Source of the DNA: Pedosphaera sp.
GTDB lineage: Bacteria; Verrucomicrobiota; Verrucomicrobiia; Limisphaerales; UBA1100
DNA: 64,000 nucleotides
Direction of reading: 5' to 3'
Assembly: GCA_009695465.1 (NCBI GenBank)
Contig: SIAW01000002.1
Span: 8,332 to 72,331 of the forward strand
The notes below the pieces were generated by a model. The model saw only the letters and a list, made by a program, of their open reading frames with translations, was not told where the DNA came from and ran no database searches. Positions 38,493 through 47,782 of the stretch are shown here, piece by piece (within the stretch, counting starts at the first letter, position 1; each line of letters starts with the position of its first letter). The position numbers and the translations under genes were made by a program.

Positions 38493-39728
38493 ATGGCTTT
38501 TGTTTCCCATCTGGAATGCGCGCAGTGCGGCAAGACTTTCCCCGCGCGCCAGCCGTGGAATCTCTGCACCGCCTGTCATAAGCCATTATGGGTGCGCTAC
38601 GACTTGGAGCGGATCAAGAAATGTTTCAACACGCGGACACTCTTGGGTCGGCCGCCTACGATGTGGCGTTATCTGGAAATGCTGCCGGTGGAAGATCCGG
38701 CCAACATCGTTTCGCTGACAGAAACCATCACGCCTATTTTGACCGCGCCGCGATTGGCTGCGGAGTTTGGGTTGGCGAAACTCTTCATCAAAGATGAAAG
38801 CCGCCTGCCCACCGGCAGTTTTAAGGCGCGCGGCATGGCGATGGCCGTCACGATGGCCAAGGAGTTTGGCCTGACCAAACTGGCCGCCCCGACGGCGGGC
38901 AATGCGGGTGGCGCGCTGGCGGCGTACGCGGCGCGGGCGGGAATGGAGGCGTGGGTGTTCATGCCGGAGGACACGCCCATCATCAACCAAAAGGAATGCG
39001 CGCTGCTTGGCGCGCGCGCATTTCGCGTCAACGGTTTGATTGATGACTGCGGCCGGTTGGTGCGTGAAGGCGCGGCCACGATGGGCTGGTTCGATGTCTC
39101 CACGTTGAAGGAGCCGTATCGGATTGAAGGCAAAAAGACGATGGGGCTGGAGTTGGCGGAGCAGTTTGATTGGCACTTGCCCGACTGGATTTTTTATCCG
39201 ACCGGCGGTGGCACGGGCTTGGTGGGCATGTGGAAGGCATTCCAAGAACTGGAGGCGATCGGCCTGCTCAAAGACAAACATCGGCCGCGCATGGTTGCGT
39301 GCCAGAGCGACGGCTGTGCGCCCATCGTCAACGCATTCGAGGCGGGCGCGCGTTTTGCCACGCGCGTGGATAACGCCCGCACCTGCGCCAGCGGATTGCG
39401 CGTGCCGCAGGCGGTGGGCGATTTCATGATCTTGGATGCCGTGCGCGCCAGCGGTGGCTTGGCGATGACAGCGCCGGAGAATACGATCGCGCGCTGGATG
39501 AGTCTGGCCAACGCGAAGGAAGGCATCGCGCTGTGCCCGGAGACGGCGGTGTGCTTGGGCGTGCTCGACCGGATGATGGGGCAGGGAAAGATTGGCCGGC
39601 AAGATCGCGTGCTGATTTTCAACACCGGCGCAGCGCAGAAATATCCGGAGACTATCACTGCGGAACTGCCGCAGATTGATCTGGGCCAGCCTGTGGACTG
39701 GGCGCGACTGGCTCGTCTTTCGGCTTGA
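38493..39728 (+). CDS. thrC: threonine synthase
   Basis: N-terminal Zn-ribbon-like CAQCG..CTAC and the PLP lysine motif GSFKARGMA. Confidence 0.9.
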   Translation: MAFVSHLECAQCGKTFPARQPWNLCTACHKPLWVRYDLERIKKCFNTRTLLGRPPTMWRYLEMLPVEDPANIVSLTETITPILTAPRLAAEFGLAKLFIKDESRLPTGSFKARGMAMAVTMAKEFGLTKLAAPTAGNAGGALAAYAARAGMEAWVFMPEDTPIINQKECALLGARAFRVNGLIDDCGRLVREGAATMGWFDVSTLKEPYRIEGKKTMGLELAEQFDWHLPDWIFYPTGGGTGLVGMWKAFQELEAIGLLKDKHRPRMVACQSDGCAPIVNAFEAGARFATRVDNARTCASGLRVPQAVGDFMILDAVRASGGLAMTAPENTIARWMSLANAKEGIALCPETAVCLGVLDRMMGQGKIGRQDRVLIFNTGAAQKYPETITAELPQIDLGQPVDWARLARLSA

Positions 39729-41163
39729 GCTGCGGGAAGAGAATCACGTCGCGGATGCTTTCCTGACCGAGCAGCATCATGCACAGCCGATCAATGCCGA
39801 TGCCGATACCGCCAGCGGGCGGCATGCCGTGCTCCAGTGCCACCAGAAAATCTTCATCCAACTTTTGCTGTTCGCCGCCGGCCTGATGCTCAAGGCGCTC
39901 GCGCTGTTCGATGGGATCGTTCTGCTCAGTGTACGCGGGGGCAATCTCTTGCCCATTGATGCAGCACTCGAAGACTTCCACAGTGCTGGGATCTTCCGCT
40001 GAAAGTTTGGCGAGCGGCACCAGCTCTTTGGGCAAGTGCGTGACGAACGTGGGCTGGATGAGAGTCGGCTCAATGAGCTTCTCGAACACCGCGCTGGTGA
40101 TCTCGAAATCCTCTGCGTCCGGCGCGACTTCAATCCCCAATTCATCTGCGCGCTGGCGGCGTTGCTCCAGCGTAATCTCGAACCAGTCCGCGCCGGCTTT
40201 TTCGCGGACCAGATCTTTGTAGCGCGCGCGTTTCCAATTGGGAGTCAGGTCGATGGTTTTGGTGACCTCGCCTTCGGCATTTTTGTGTTCGATGCGCAGC
40301 GTGCCCAGCACCGTCGTGGCAACGTGGCAGATGAGCGACTGGCACAGCTCCATCATCGTCTCGTAATCGCCGTAGGCTTGATACGCCTCCAGCATGGTGA
40401 ACTCGGGATTGTGCCGGCGGGAGATGCCCTCGTTGCGGAAGTTGCGGCCCATCTCAAACACGCGATCCATGCCGCCCACGAGCAGGCGTTTGAGATAAAG
40501 CTCCAGTGCGATGCGCAGGAAAAAGTCCCGCCCAAAGGTGTTGTGCCGGGTGACAAACGGCCGCGCTGCCGCACCGCCGGGGATGGATTGCATCATCGGC
40601 GTCTCCACTTCCGCGTAGCCGCGCACGTGCAGGAAGGTGCGGATCTCATGCACGATGGCGCTGCGTTTGAGGAAGGTCTCGCGGACGTCATCATTGGCGA
40701 TGAAATCCAGATAGCGCTGGCGATAGCGCGTCTCGGTGTCGGAGAGGCCGTGCCATTTGTCCGGAGGCGGGCGCAGTGCCTTGGACAGCACGGTATATTC
40801 TTGAACGCGGACGCTGATCTCGCCGGTCTTGGTTTTGAACAGCGTGCCTTTCGCGCCGACAAAATCCGCCAGATCCAGATGCTTGAAACTTTTGTACGCA
40901 GCTTCACCCACATCGTCTTTGCGGATGAAAAGCTGGAGGGCACCGCTCTGATCTTTGATGTGCGCAAAGGTCGTCTTGCCCATGTCACGGATGGAGGCAA
41001 GGCGCCCGGCGACAGCGATGGCGCGCCCTTCAACGAAGTTGGATTTGCCGCCGGCGCAGGTGTCGTCGGGAGTGAACTTCGCGCGGAACGGATCAATCCC
41101 TTCCGCGCGCAGCGCCGCCAGATTAGCTTTGCGTTGCTCGATCAACTGGTTGGTTTCGTCCAT
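39655..41163 (-). CDS. lysS: lysine--tRNA ligase (class II)
   Basis: Start trimmed to MDETNQLIEQRKANLAALRAEGIDPF. The OB anticodon-binding domain and class II motifs are present. Confidence 0.95.
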   Translation of the reverse strand: MDETNQLIEQRKANLAALRAEGIDPFRAKFTPDDTCAGGKSNFVEGRAIAVAGRLASIRDMGKTTFAHIKDQSGALQLFIRKDDVGEAAYKSFKHLDLADFVGAKGTLFKTKTGEISVRVQEYTVLSKALRPPPDKWHGLSDTETRYRQRYLDFIANDDVRETFLKRSAIVHEIRTFLHVRGYAEVETPMMQSIPGGAAARPFVTRHNTFGRDFFLRIALELYLKRLLVGGMDRVFEMGRNFRNEGISRRHNPEFTMLEAYQAYGDYETMMELCQSLICHVATTVLGTLRIEHKNAEGEVTKTIDLTPNWKRARYKDLVREKAGADWFEITLEQRRQRADELGIEVAPDAEDFEITSAVFEKLIEPTLIQPTFVTHLPKELVPLAKLSAEDPSTVEVFECCINGQEIAPAYTEQNDPIEQRERLEHQAGGEQQKLDEDFLVALEHGMPPAGGIGIGIDRLCMMLLGQESIRDVILFPQLKPKDEPVAPSPQAGPDQSAAVPQ

Positions 41164-41270
41164 CGGAAGGGCAATGAATACGGATTGCAGGGCGAAGTAC
41201 AATCCTTTGTGCGACTCGCCAGCGGGGAAAGTTGATTGCCCCGACCGTGAGGTTGCGCTAGCTTGCGCGC

Positions 41271-41663
41271 ATGAAAACCATTGCCCGATCCCTCGCTGTT
41301 CTGCTTGCCTGTTGCGTGATGTTGACCGGCTCACTCGCTGCTGAAAAAGAATCCGCGCCCAAGCTGCGCCATGTTGTTTGCGTGAAGTTCAAGGAAGGCG
41401 TCTCAAAGGCCCAGACCGAGCGCGTCATCAAGGCGTTCGCTGCGTTGCCGGGAAAGATTCCGCAGATCAAGGAATTCGAGCACGGTGCGAACAATAGTCC
41501 CGAGGGGCTGAACAAAGGTTTCACCCATTGCTTCACCATCACGTTCGCCAGCGAAAAAGATCGCGACATCTATCTGCCGCATCCGAGCCATCTGGAATTC
41601 GTGAAGATCATCAAGCCGATTTTGGACGAAGTCTTCGTGATCGACTACTGGCAAGGCCGCTAA
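41271..41663 (+). CDS. Dabb (stress-responsive A/B barrel) domain protein with signal peptide
   Basis: LRHVVCVKFKEGVS..FTHCFTITFASEKDRDIYLPHPSHLEF is typical of the Dabb family. Confidence 0.75.
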   Translation: MKTIARSLAVLLACCVMLTGSLAAEKESAPKLRHVVCVKFKEGVSKAQTERVIKAFAALPGKIPQIKEFEHGANNSPEGLNKGFTHCFTITFASEKDRDIYLPHPSHLEFVKIIKPILDEVFVIDYWQGR

Positions 41664-42172
41664 GTCTTGAGGATTGTCATCCCCAGCAGGACGGCAATGG
41701 CAATCCCCACGATGATGAGGATGATGTTGAAGACTTTTGTGCCGATGCTCTTCTTGTGCTTGAAGGGCGAATGGATTTGACCGGTGCCCCCGCGTAGATC
41801 TCCGGGCTTGATGCCCGCTGGCGCAACCATGATCACCGATGTGGTGCGTTTGCTGGCGGCAGGCGCGCCACCGCCGTTGCCAATCTGCATCACCACGGAA
41901 CCCAAGCGGAAGATGGTGCCCACCGGCAGCGGCGCTTCGGCAATGGGATTGTCGTCAATGAAACTGCCGTTGGTGGAATCTAAATCCTGAAACACCACTG
42001 CGCCGTTGGAGACGACGAACTGTCCGTGATTGCCAGACAATGAAGAATCGGGGACGTGAATGGCGTTATCGTCATCACGCCCGACTGTCGTTACGCCTTC
42101 GCGCAACTCGAAGGATTTGTTGGGAAATCCCTCGGTGAGTATGTAGAGCGTTGGCATGCCTCGAATTGCCAC
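41660..42172 (-). CDS. FHA-domain protein with C-terminal TM anchor
   Basis: TTVGRDDDNAIHVPDSSLSGNHGQF..DLDSTNGSFIDD is an FHA core. C-terminal hydrophobic helix IILIIVGIAIAVLLG. The start may instead be ATG 42157. Confidence 0.75.
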   Translation of the reverse strand: MAIRGMPTLYILTEGFPNKSFELREGVTTVGRDDDNAIHVPDSSLSGNHGQFVVSNGAVVFQDLDSTNGSFIDDNPIAEAPLPVGTIFRLGSVVMQIGNGGGAPAASKRTTSVIMVAPAGIKPGDLRGGTGQIHSPFKHKKSIGTKVFNIILIIVGIAIAVLLGMTILKT

Positions 42173-42224
42173 CCCTACCAGTTGGGTGCCAAGACGCTAC
42201 CTCACTGAATTGGTGATGTCAATG

Positions 42225-43373
42225 TTAGCCTTGACTAACTTGCTGCCTGAATTTGGCAAAGAGAGGCGAAGCATCGTGCGGTCCGGGCGAGGCTTCCGGA
42301 TGGTATTGCACGCTAAAGACGGGTTTTTTTCGGTGGCACATGCCCTCCACCGTCTGGTCGTTCAGGTTAATCCTGTCCACCACAACCTCGGCGGGCAGCG
42401 ATGCAGGGTCCACTGCGAAGCCGTGGTTCTGAGAAGTGATTTCGACGCGCCCGCTTTCCAGATCTTTCACCGGATGATTGCCGCCACGATGACCAAACTT
42501 GAGCTTGAAGGTCTTGCCGCCCACCGCCTGTCCGAGAATCTGGTGGCCTAAGCAAATCCCAAAAATCGGGATGCCACTTTTCACCAATTCACTGATGGCG
42601 CTGACGGCATAACCCAGCGCCGCAGGATCGCCCGGGCCATTGGAGAGGAAAACGCCCGCAGGTTTGCGCGCCAAGACTTGCGCGGCTGGAGTGGTGGCGG
42701 GGACCACGTGCACCGCAAAACCCTGCCGCCGCAGGCAACGCAGGATGTTGTACTTAATCCCAAAATCATAAGCCACAATGGGAATGTCCGCCGGCGGCAA
42801 AGCGGCGGCACTGCCCGCCAAGTTGTTGCCGCTGGGCAGGGTGAAGCGCTGACTATCCACCCCGTGCGTCTCCCAGTCGAACGCCTTCGGGTGCGTGACT
42901 TCCTTGACGTAATCCACGCCAGCCAATCCGTGCCACGCAGCCGCTTTGGCCTGCGCCTCCGCTGGTGAAATCGCTTCGGTACTGATGAAGCCGTTCATCG
43001 AGCCGCGAATGCGCAGGCGTTTGGTGAGCGCCCGCGTGTCGATGCCTTGAATGCCGGGGATGCCGTGCTCTTTGAGATAGGCGTCGAGCGACTGCGTGCT
43101 GCGCCAATTGCTCACGACGGGCGACAGTTCGCGCACCACGAAGCCCGCCACATGCGGCCGCCACGACTCCACGTCCTGCGCGTTGACGCCGTAGTTGCCG
43201 ATCTCCGGATACGTCATCGTGACGATCTGCCCTTTGTAGGACGGATCCGTCAGGATTTCCTGGTAGCCCGTCATCGAGGTGTTGAAACAAACCTCGCCGC
43301 AGGCAGAAGCTTGCGCGCCAAATGCCTCGCCTTGGAAAATCGTCCCGTCCTCAAGTGCTAGAATCGCCCGCAT
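42225..43373 (-). CDS. carA: carbamoyl-phosphate synthase small (glutaminase) subunit
   Basis: Start trimmed to [19 protein letters not shown]. GATase motif GICLGHQ. Confidence 0.95.
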   Translation of the reverse strand: MRAILALEDGTIFQGEAFGAQASACGEVCFNTSMTGYQEILTDPSYKGQIVTMTYPEIGNYGVNAQDVESWRPHVAGFVVRELSPVVSNWRSTQSLDAYLKEHGIPGIQGIDTRALTKRLRIRGSMNGFISTEAISPAEAQAKAAAWHGLAGVDYVKEVTHPKAFDWETHGVDSQRFTLPSGNNLAGSAAALPPADIPIVAYDFGIKYNILRCLRRQGFAVHVVPATTPAAQVLARKPAGVFLSNGPGDPAALGYAVSAISELVKSGIPIFGICLGHQILGQAVGGKTFKLKFGHRGGNHPVKDLESGRVEITSQNHGFAVDPASLPAEVVVDRINLNDQTVEGMCHRKKPVFSVQYHPEASPGPHDASPLFAKFRQQVSQG

Positions 43374-43432
43374 CCTATGGCCCATGGCCGCGGGATGCTA
43401 GTGGCACGCCGTTGGCAGGGTCAAGTGGTAAG

Positions 43433-43456
43433 CAAAAACGCGGCACCGAGCCGCGT
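43433..43456 (-). terminator. intrinsic terminator after the thioredoxin-like gene
   Basis: On the minus strand, ACGCGGC-TCGGT-GCCGCGT is followed by TTTTTGC. Confidence 0.5.
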
Positions 43457-43492
43457 CTGACTTTGCGCAATGCAAGAAAGTTGCCGGGCAAC

Positions 43493-43945
43493 CTACTTCT
43501 TCAGTTTCTTCAACTTGGCGATGTACTGCGCGACGCTATCGCCGCTGAAGCCCACGTCCTTCGAGAGTTCTTTCCCACCGCCATCGAACACAAGCACCAT
43601 CGGCACACCCTCCATCTTGTACTTCTTGGCGAGATCATCGTTGTACTTTTTCTGCGCGGGATCGAGCGGCTTCCTGCGGGGGAAATCAATCTCCACCAAC
43701 ACCAAATTGTCTTTGGCAAACGCGGCGAACTCCTCAGTGCCCAGCACTTTTTTCTTGAGCGCAATGCAGGGCGGGCACCAGTCAGAGCCGGTGAACTCGA
43801 GGAAGACGAGCTTGCCTTCTTTCTTGGCCTGCTCCTGCGCCTTCTCAAGGTTGGTCAGCCAGCCTTCGCCTGCCAACGCTTGCGATGCGGTGAAAGCCAT
43901 GACCGCCGCAGCGCAGATAGCGAACAGTGAGGATATTTTTTTCAT
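43493..43945 (-). CDS. secreted thioredoxin-fold protein (CPPC)
   Basis: Signal peptide MKKISSLFAICAAAVMAFTASQALA and redox motif DWCPPC. Confidence 0.8.
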   Translation of the reverse strand: MKKISSLFAICAAAVMAFTASQALAGEGWLTNLEKAQEQAKKEGKLVFLEFTGSDWCPPCIALKKKVLGTEEFAAFAKDNLVLVEIDFPRRKPLDPAQKKYNDDLAKKYKMEGVPMVLVFDGGGKELSKDVGFSGDSVAQYIAKLKKLKK

Positions 43946-43990
43946 GATGTGTGGAGTGGGATTTGCTGAGGCTAATCTAGGCGGGACGGC

Positions 43991-45340
43991 TCACATCTGC
44001 CAGACAATTTTGCCCGCGACAATGGTCGTCGTCGCCCGTCCGCGCAGCGCCCAGCCGCCGAAGGGCGAGTTGGTGGACTTGCTGGACGAGTCGTTGGCCG
44101 CGTAGGTCCATTGGCAGTTGGGATCAATCACCGTCACGTCGGCATCGGCGCCCACTTGCAGCGTGCCTTTGTTCAGGCGCAGCATGCGCGCGGGGGCACT
44201 GGTGAACTTGGCGATCAGCGCCGACAACGACAGGCGCCCCGTGTGGTGCAGATAAGTGAGTGACAACGGCAACTCCGTTTCCAAGCCGGTGATGCCAAAA
44301 GGTGCGGAATCAAATTCCACTTCCTTTTCGTGACCGCAATGCGGCGCGTGATCGCTGGAGAGAATTTCCAGCGTGCCATCGGTCAGTCCCTCCAGAATGG
44401 CCTCGCGATCCTGCGCCGAACGCAGCGGCGGGTTCATCTTGAAGTTGGTGTCGTACGCCGGCCAAGTCGGGCGCTGACCTTCTGCTTGCAATGCGCTGCC
44501 GTCGGCCTCCCAGAACTTGTCGCTGCCGGCAATCGCCGCGTCGGTCAGAATAAAATGATGCGGACAGGCTTCGCCGGAAATCGGGATGCCGCGCGCTTTG
44601 GCTTCGCGCAACAGATGGATGGAGCCGGCCGAGCTGATGTGCTGGCAATGCACATGCGTGCCGGTGAGTTCGGCAAGCTGGATGTTGCGCGCGACAATGA
44701 GATCCTCGCCCGTGGCCGGCCAGCCTTTTAATCCCAGCGCGATGCTCCAGTAACCCTCGTGCATCACGCCGTCACCCACCATCGAGTAATCTTGGCAATG
44801 ATCCATCACCGGCAGATCAAACATCTTGGCGTACTCCAACGCGCGCCGCATCAAATCGTTATTCTGCACGCAGTGCCCGTCGTCGGTGATCGCCACCACG
44901 GCCGCTTGCTTGAGCGAACCGATGGGCGCCAGTTCTTCGCCGGCGATCCCTTTTGTGATGGCACCGGCGATGAAGACATTGACCACGGCCTCGCGGTCAG
45001 CCTTGTCACGGATCAACGCGACCGTCGCCGCGCTGTCGATGGTGGGCGTGGTGTTGGGCATGCACACCACGCTGGTGAAACCGCCGCGAGCCGCCGCGCG
45101 TGTTCCGGTGGCGATGGTCTCCTTGGCCGACTGGCCCGGCTCGCGCAGATGCACGTGCAGATCAATCAAACCCGGACAGACAATGCGGCCCGCACAGGGG
45201 ACAATCTTGGTGTATTGATCCACCGGCAGTGCCGCGCCCACAGCGGCGATTTTGCCGTTATAAATCAGCAGGTCCGCGGTCTGGTCGAAGCCGTGGGCGG
45301 GGTCAATTACGCGCCCGCCTTGCAAGAGGAGCGAAGTCAT
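43991..45340 (-). CDS. pyrC: dihydroorotase
   Basis: Start trimmed to MTSLLLQGGRVIDPA, because the longer ORF would run through tRNA-Gly. DLHVHLREPG metal-binding motif. Confidence 0.85.
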   Translation of the reverse strand: MTSLLLQGGRVIDPAHGFDQTADLLIYNGKIAAVGAALPVDQYTKIVPCAGRIVCPGLIDLHVHLREPGQSAKETIATGTRAAARGGFTSVVCMPNTTPTIDSAATVALIRDKADREAVVNVFIAGAITKGIAGEELAPIGSLKQAAVVAITDDGHCVQNNDLMRRALEYAKMFDLPVMDHCQDYSMVGDGVMHEGYWSIALGLKGWPATGEDLIVARNIQLAELTGTHVHCQHISSAGSIHLLREAKARGIPISGEACPHHFILTDAAIAGSDKFWEADGSALQAEGQRPTWPAYDTNFKMNPPLRSAQDREAILEGLTDGTLEILSSDHAPHCGHEKEVEFDSAPFGITGLETELPLSLTYLHHTGRLSLSALIAKFTSAPARMLRLNKGTLQVGADADVTVIDPNCQWTYAANDSSSKSTNSPFGGWALRGRATTTIVAGKIVWQM

Positions 45341-45367
45341 CGGGGCGTCAGCATACGGGCTGGTCAA

Positions 45368-45395
45368 TTGACAACGCAAGCGCGCAGGATAGGAT
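45368..45395 (+). promoter_or_regulatory. candidate sigma70-type promoter for tRNA-Gly
   Basis: TTGACA (45368-45373) - 16 nt spacer - TAGGAT (45390-45395). The tRNA 5' end is at 45404. Confidence 0.4.
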
Positions 45396-45403
45396 GCGCG
45401 CAC

Positions 45404-45478
45404 GCGGCGGTAGCTCAGTGGTAGAGCTTCTGCCTTCCAAGCAGATTGTCGCGGGTTCAAATCCCGTCCGCCGCTCCA
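45404..45478 (+). tRNA. tRNA-Gly (UCC), CCA encoded
   Basis: GCGGCGG/CCGCCGC acceptor stem, TCTGC-CTTCCAA-GCAGA anticodon arm, and GCGGG-TTCAAAT-CCCGT T arm. Confidence 0.9.
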
Positions 45479-46089
45479 GCTTCTCTGCGCCGCTTTTCAA
45501 ACACACGCCAGTCCGTTTCAGTGTCAATGTCGGCGAGCACTCGCAGTTGCACGACGTCGAGTTGATTTGCTGCGCACTGTTGGAGCGTGGAGGCGAGGAC
45601 GCTGCTCGTGCTCCAAGAAATATTGGCGAAGAGAGCAGGGCAGCGAGCGCGCAGACCGATGAGCCAATAGCCGCCATCCTGTGCGGGGCCGAGCACCACA
45701 TCGTGCTGCGACAAGTGGTCAAACGCTGAAGCGATGTCGGCCGGTTCAATGTCGGGACAGTCCGAACCGATGAGCACCACTTTGTCGGCACCCGCCGCGA
45801 ACGTTGCATCAAACGCTCGCGCCATGCGCGTGCCCAGCGCGCCTTCGCCTTGCGGCTGCGCTGTCCATCCGGCGCGCAACCAAGGCGCAATCTCAGATGC
45901 GGCGTCATCGGGTGTGTAGCGCAGCTCAACCTCCGCTTGGTGTGTGCCGGAAACTTTGGCGCAGGTGATGCGCACCAGCTCTTCATAAACCTGGCACGCG
46001 GCCTCCGCGCCGATGGCGGCGGCCAAACGCGTTTTGACATGGCCCGCGCGCGGTGCCTTGACGAAGATGATGAGCGCGTTTCCGGACAT
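45457..46089 (-). CDS. DUF2064 / TIGR04282-type nucleotidyltransferase-like protein (rSAM/selenodomain-associated 'transferase 1' family)
   Basis: ALIIFVKAPRAGHVKTRL..LIGSDCPDI..DGGYWLIG is characteristic of DUF2064 as I recall it. The last 22 nt overlap tRNA-Gly on the opposite strand. Confidence 0.7.
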   Translation of the reverse strand: MSGNALIIFVKAPRAGHVKTRLAAAIGAEAACQVYEELVRITCAKVSGTHQAEVELRYTPDDAASEIAPWLRAGWTAQPQGEGALGTRMARAFDATFAAGADKVVLIGSDCPDIEPADIASAFDHLSQHDVVLGPAQDGGYWLIGLRARCPALFANISWSTSSVLASTLQQCAANQLDVVQLRVLADIDTETDWRVFEKRRREAGAADGI

Positions 46090-46092
46090 GCC

Positions 46093-46121
46093 TTGACAAT
46101 CCCGGACAAAAACTGTGCTAT
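46093..46121 (+). promoter_or_regulatory. candidate promoter for the Gfo/Idh/MocA gene
   Basis: TTGACA-N17-TGCTAT, 34 nt upstream of the GTG start. Confidence 0.25.
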
Positions 46122-46154
46122 CTGGCGACCCAAAGCAAACACGACTCCATCCCT

Positions 46155-47189
46155 GTGAAAAAATTTAATGTCGGAATTATCGGATACGGCTGGGCCGCCA
46201 CGGCTCACATTGACGCCATCAACGCCACGGGCCAGGCGCAGGTGACGGCCGTTTATTCCTCGCGCGTGCTCAATGACGACGAGCTGAGCGCGCGGCACGG
46301 CTCGAAGATCAAGTCGCACACGAAGCTGGAGGCCATGCTGGCCGACCGCAACTTGGACGTGATTGATGTCACCAGCTATCCCTATCAGCACGCCGATCAA
46401 GTGATTGCCGCGGCCAATGCCGGAAAGCATCTCATCATCGAAAAGCCGCTGTGCCTTGCCGAGCGCGATTTGCAGCGCATGCAGGCCGCCATTAAAAAGG
46501 CGAAGGTGAAGACGTGCGTCTGCTTTGAGTGCCGCTTCTCGGCGGAGTTCCGCACGATCCGCTCGGTGATTGATGCCGGACTTTTGGGGCAGATCCATTA
46601 TGGCGAGGTGGACTATTATCACGGCATCGGTCCGTGGTACGGGCAGTACCGCTGGAACATCCGCAAGGACGCCGGCGGCAGCAGCCTGCTCTCCGCCGGA
46701 TGCCACGCGATGGATGCGCTGCTTTACTGCATGGGATCCACGGACGTGGCCGAGGTGTCCAGCTATTCCACCGGTTCAAGCAATGCCGCGTTCAAGAAGT
46801 ACGAGTACGACACGACCAGCGTGACCATCCTCAAATTCCGCGACGGGCGCTTGGGCAAAGTGGCGTCGGTCATTGATTGCCTGCAGCCTTATTATTTCCA
46901 CACGCACCTCGTGGGCAGCGAAGGCAGCATGTTGGATAATAAATTTCACTCCACCAAACTCGGCGCCCTGGACAAGAGCCGCTGGAGTGAACTGGCGACG
47001 CAGCTAGTGGATTCCGGTGACGTGAAGGATCACCCGTACCAGACGCAGTTTGAAGCGTTCTTCACCGCGCTGCGCGATGGCCGCGAGATGCCGCACACGA
47101 GCATGGCCGACGCCGCGCGCACGCATGAAATTATTTTCGCCGCAGACGAATCGGCGGCGACAGGGAAGCCCGTCAAGATTCGCCGCTAG
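46155..47189 (+). CDS. Gfo/Idh/MocA family NAD(P)-dependent oxidoreductase
   Basis: (M)KKFNVGIIGYGWAATAHI Rossmann N-terminus, and EKPL motif in HLIIEKPLCL. Confidence 0.85.
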   Translation: MKKFNVGIIGYGWAATAHIDAINATGQAQVTAVYSSRVLNDDELSARHGSKIKSHTKLEAMLADRNLDVIDVTSYPYQHADQVIAAANAGKHLIIEKPLCLAERDLQRMQAAIKKAKVKTCVCFECRFSAEFRTIRSVIDAGLLGQIHYGEVDYYHGIGPWYGQYRWNIRKDAGGSSLLSAGCHAMDALLYCMGSTDVAEVSSYSTGSSNAAFKKYEYDTTSVTILKFRDGRLGKVASVIDCLQPYYFHTHLVGSEGSMLDNKFHSTKLGALDKSRWSELATQLVDSGDVKDHPYQTQFEAFFTALRDGREMPHTSMADAARTHEIIFAADESAATGKPVKIRR

Positions 47190-47740
47190 TCTCTGCGCGC
47201 AATCATGCCCGTGTTGCGGGCGTAATTAAAGAGACCACCGGCATCCACCACCGGACGCACTTCGCCGAGCGGCTTGAAGGAGTGAACGGCGCCCGTCGCG
47301 TGAATGCGCACGGTCGCGGCATCCAAATCCACGGTGACCTCGTCGCCAATCTTGAGGATCTCGCACAGGCGATCTGAAATCTCGCACGGATAAAGTTCTC
47401 CCGTGGCCACGCAGTTGCGGAAAAAGATGCGCGCAAAACCTTCCGCCAACACGACTCTGCAGCCGGTGGATCCCAGAGCGATGGGGGCGTGTTCGCGGGA
47501 ACTGCCGCAGCCAAAATTGCGCCCGCCGACGACGATGGAATACTCGCTGTCCAGCTCGCCCGCTTTCACAAACGGGATGGGATAGAGCGACGCGGGCAGT
47601 CCCGCCATCGCGTGGCTGCCGAGCTTTTCGTACTCCGCAGCAATCGTCGGCACCAAGTTCAGGAACTGCGCCGGGATGATCTGGTCGGTGTCGATGTTGT
47701 CGCGCACCACGTAAACTTTGCCCGTGAACGAAGTCGGCAT
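47186..47740 (-). CDS. leuD: 3-isopropylmalate/homoaconitate dehydratase small subunit (LeuD type 2-like)
   Basis: DNIDTDQIIPAQFL..GGRNFGCGSSREHAP. No large subunit gene lies within this window. Confidence 0.8.
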   Translation of the reverse strand: MPTSFTGKVYVVRDNIDTDQIIPAQFLNLVPTIAAEYEKLGSHAMAGLPASLYPIPFVKAGELDSEYSIVVGGRNFGCGSSREHAPIALGSTGCRVVLAEGFARIFFRNCVATGELYPCEISDRLCEILKIGDEVTVDLDAATVRIHATGAVHSFKPLGEVRPVVDAGGLFNYARNTGMIARRD

Positions 47741-47782
47741 GGCGCGAATGTGGCGGGGCAGGGGACGGGTTTCAATCCAAAA

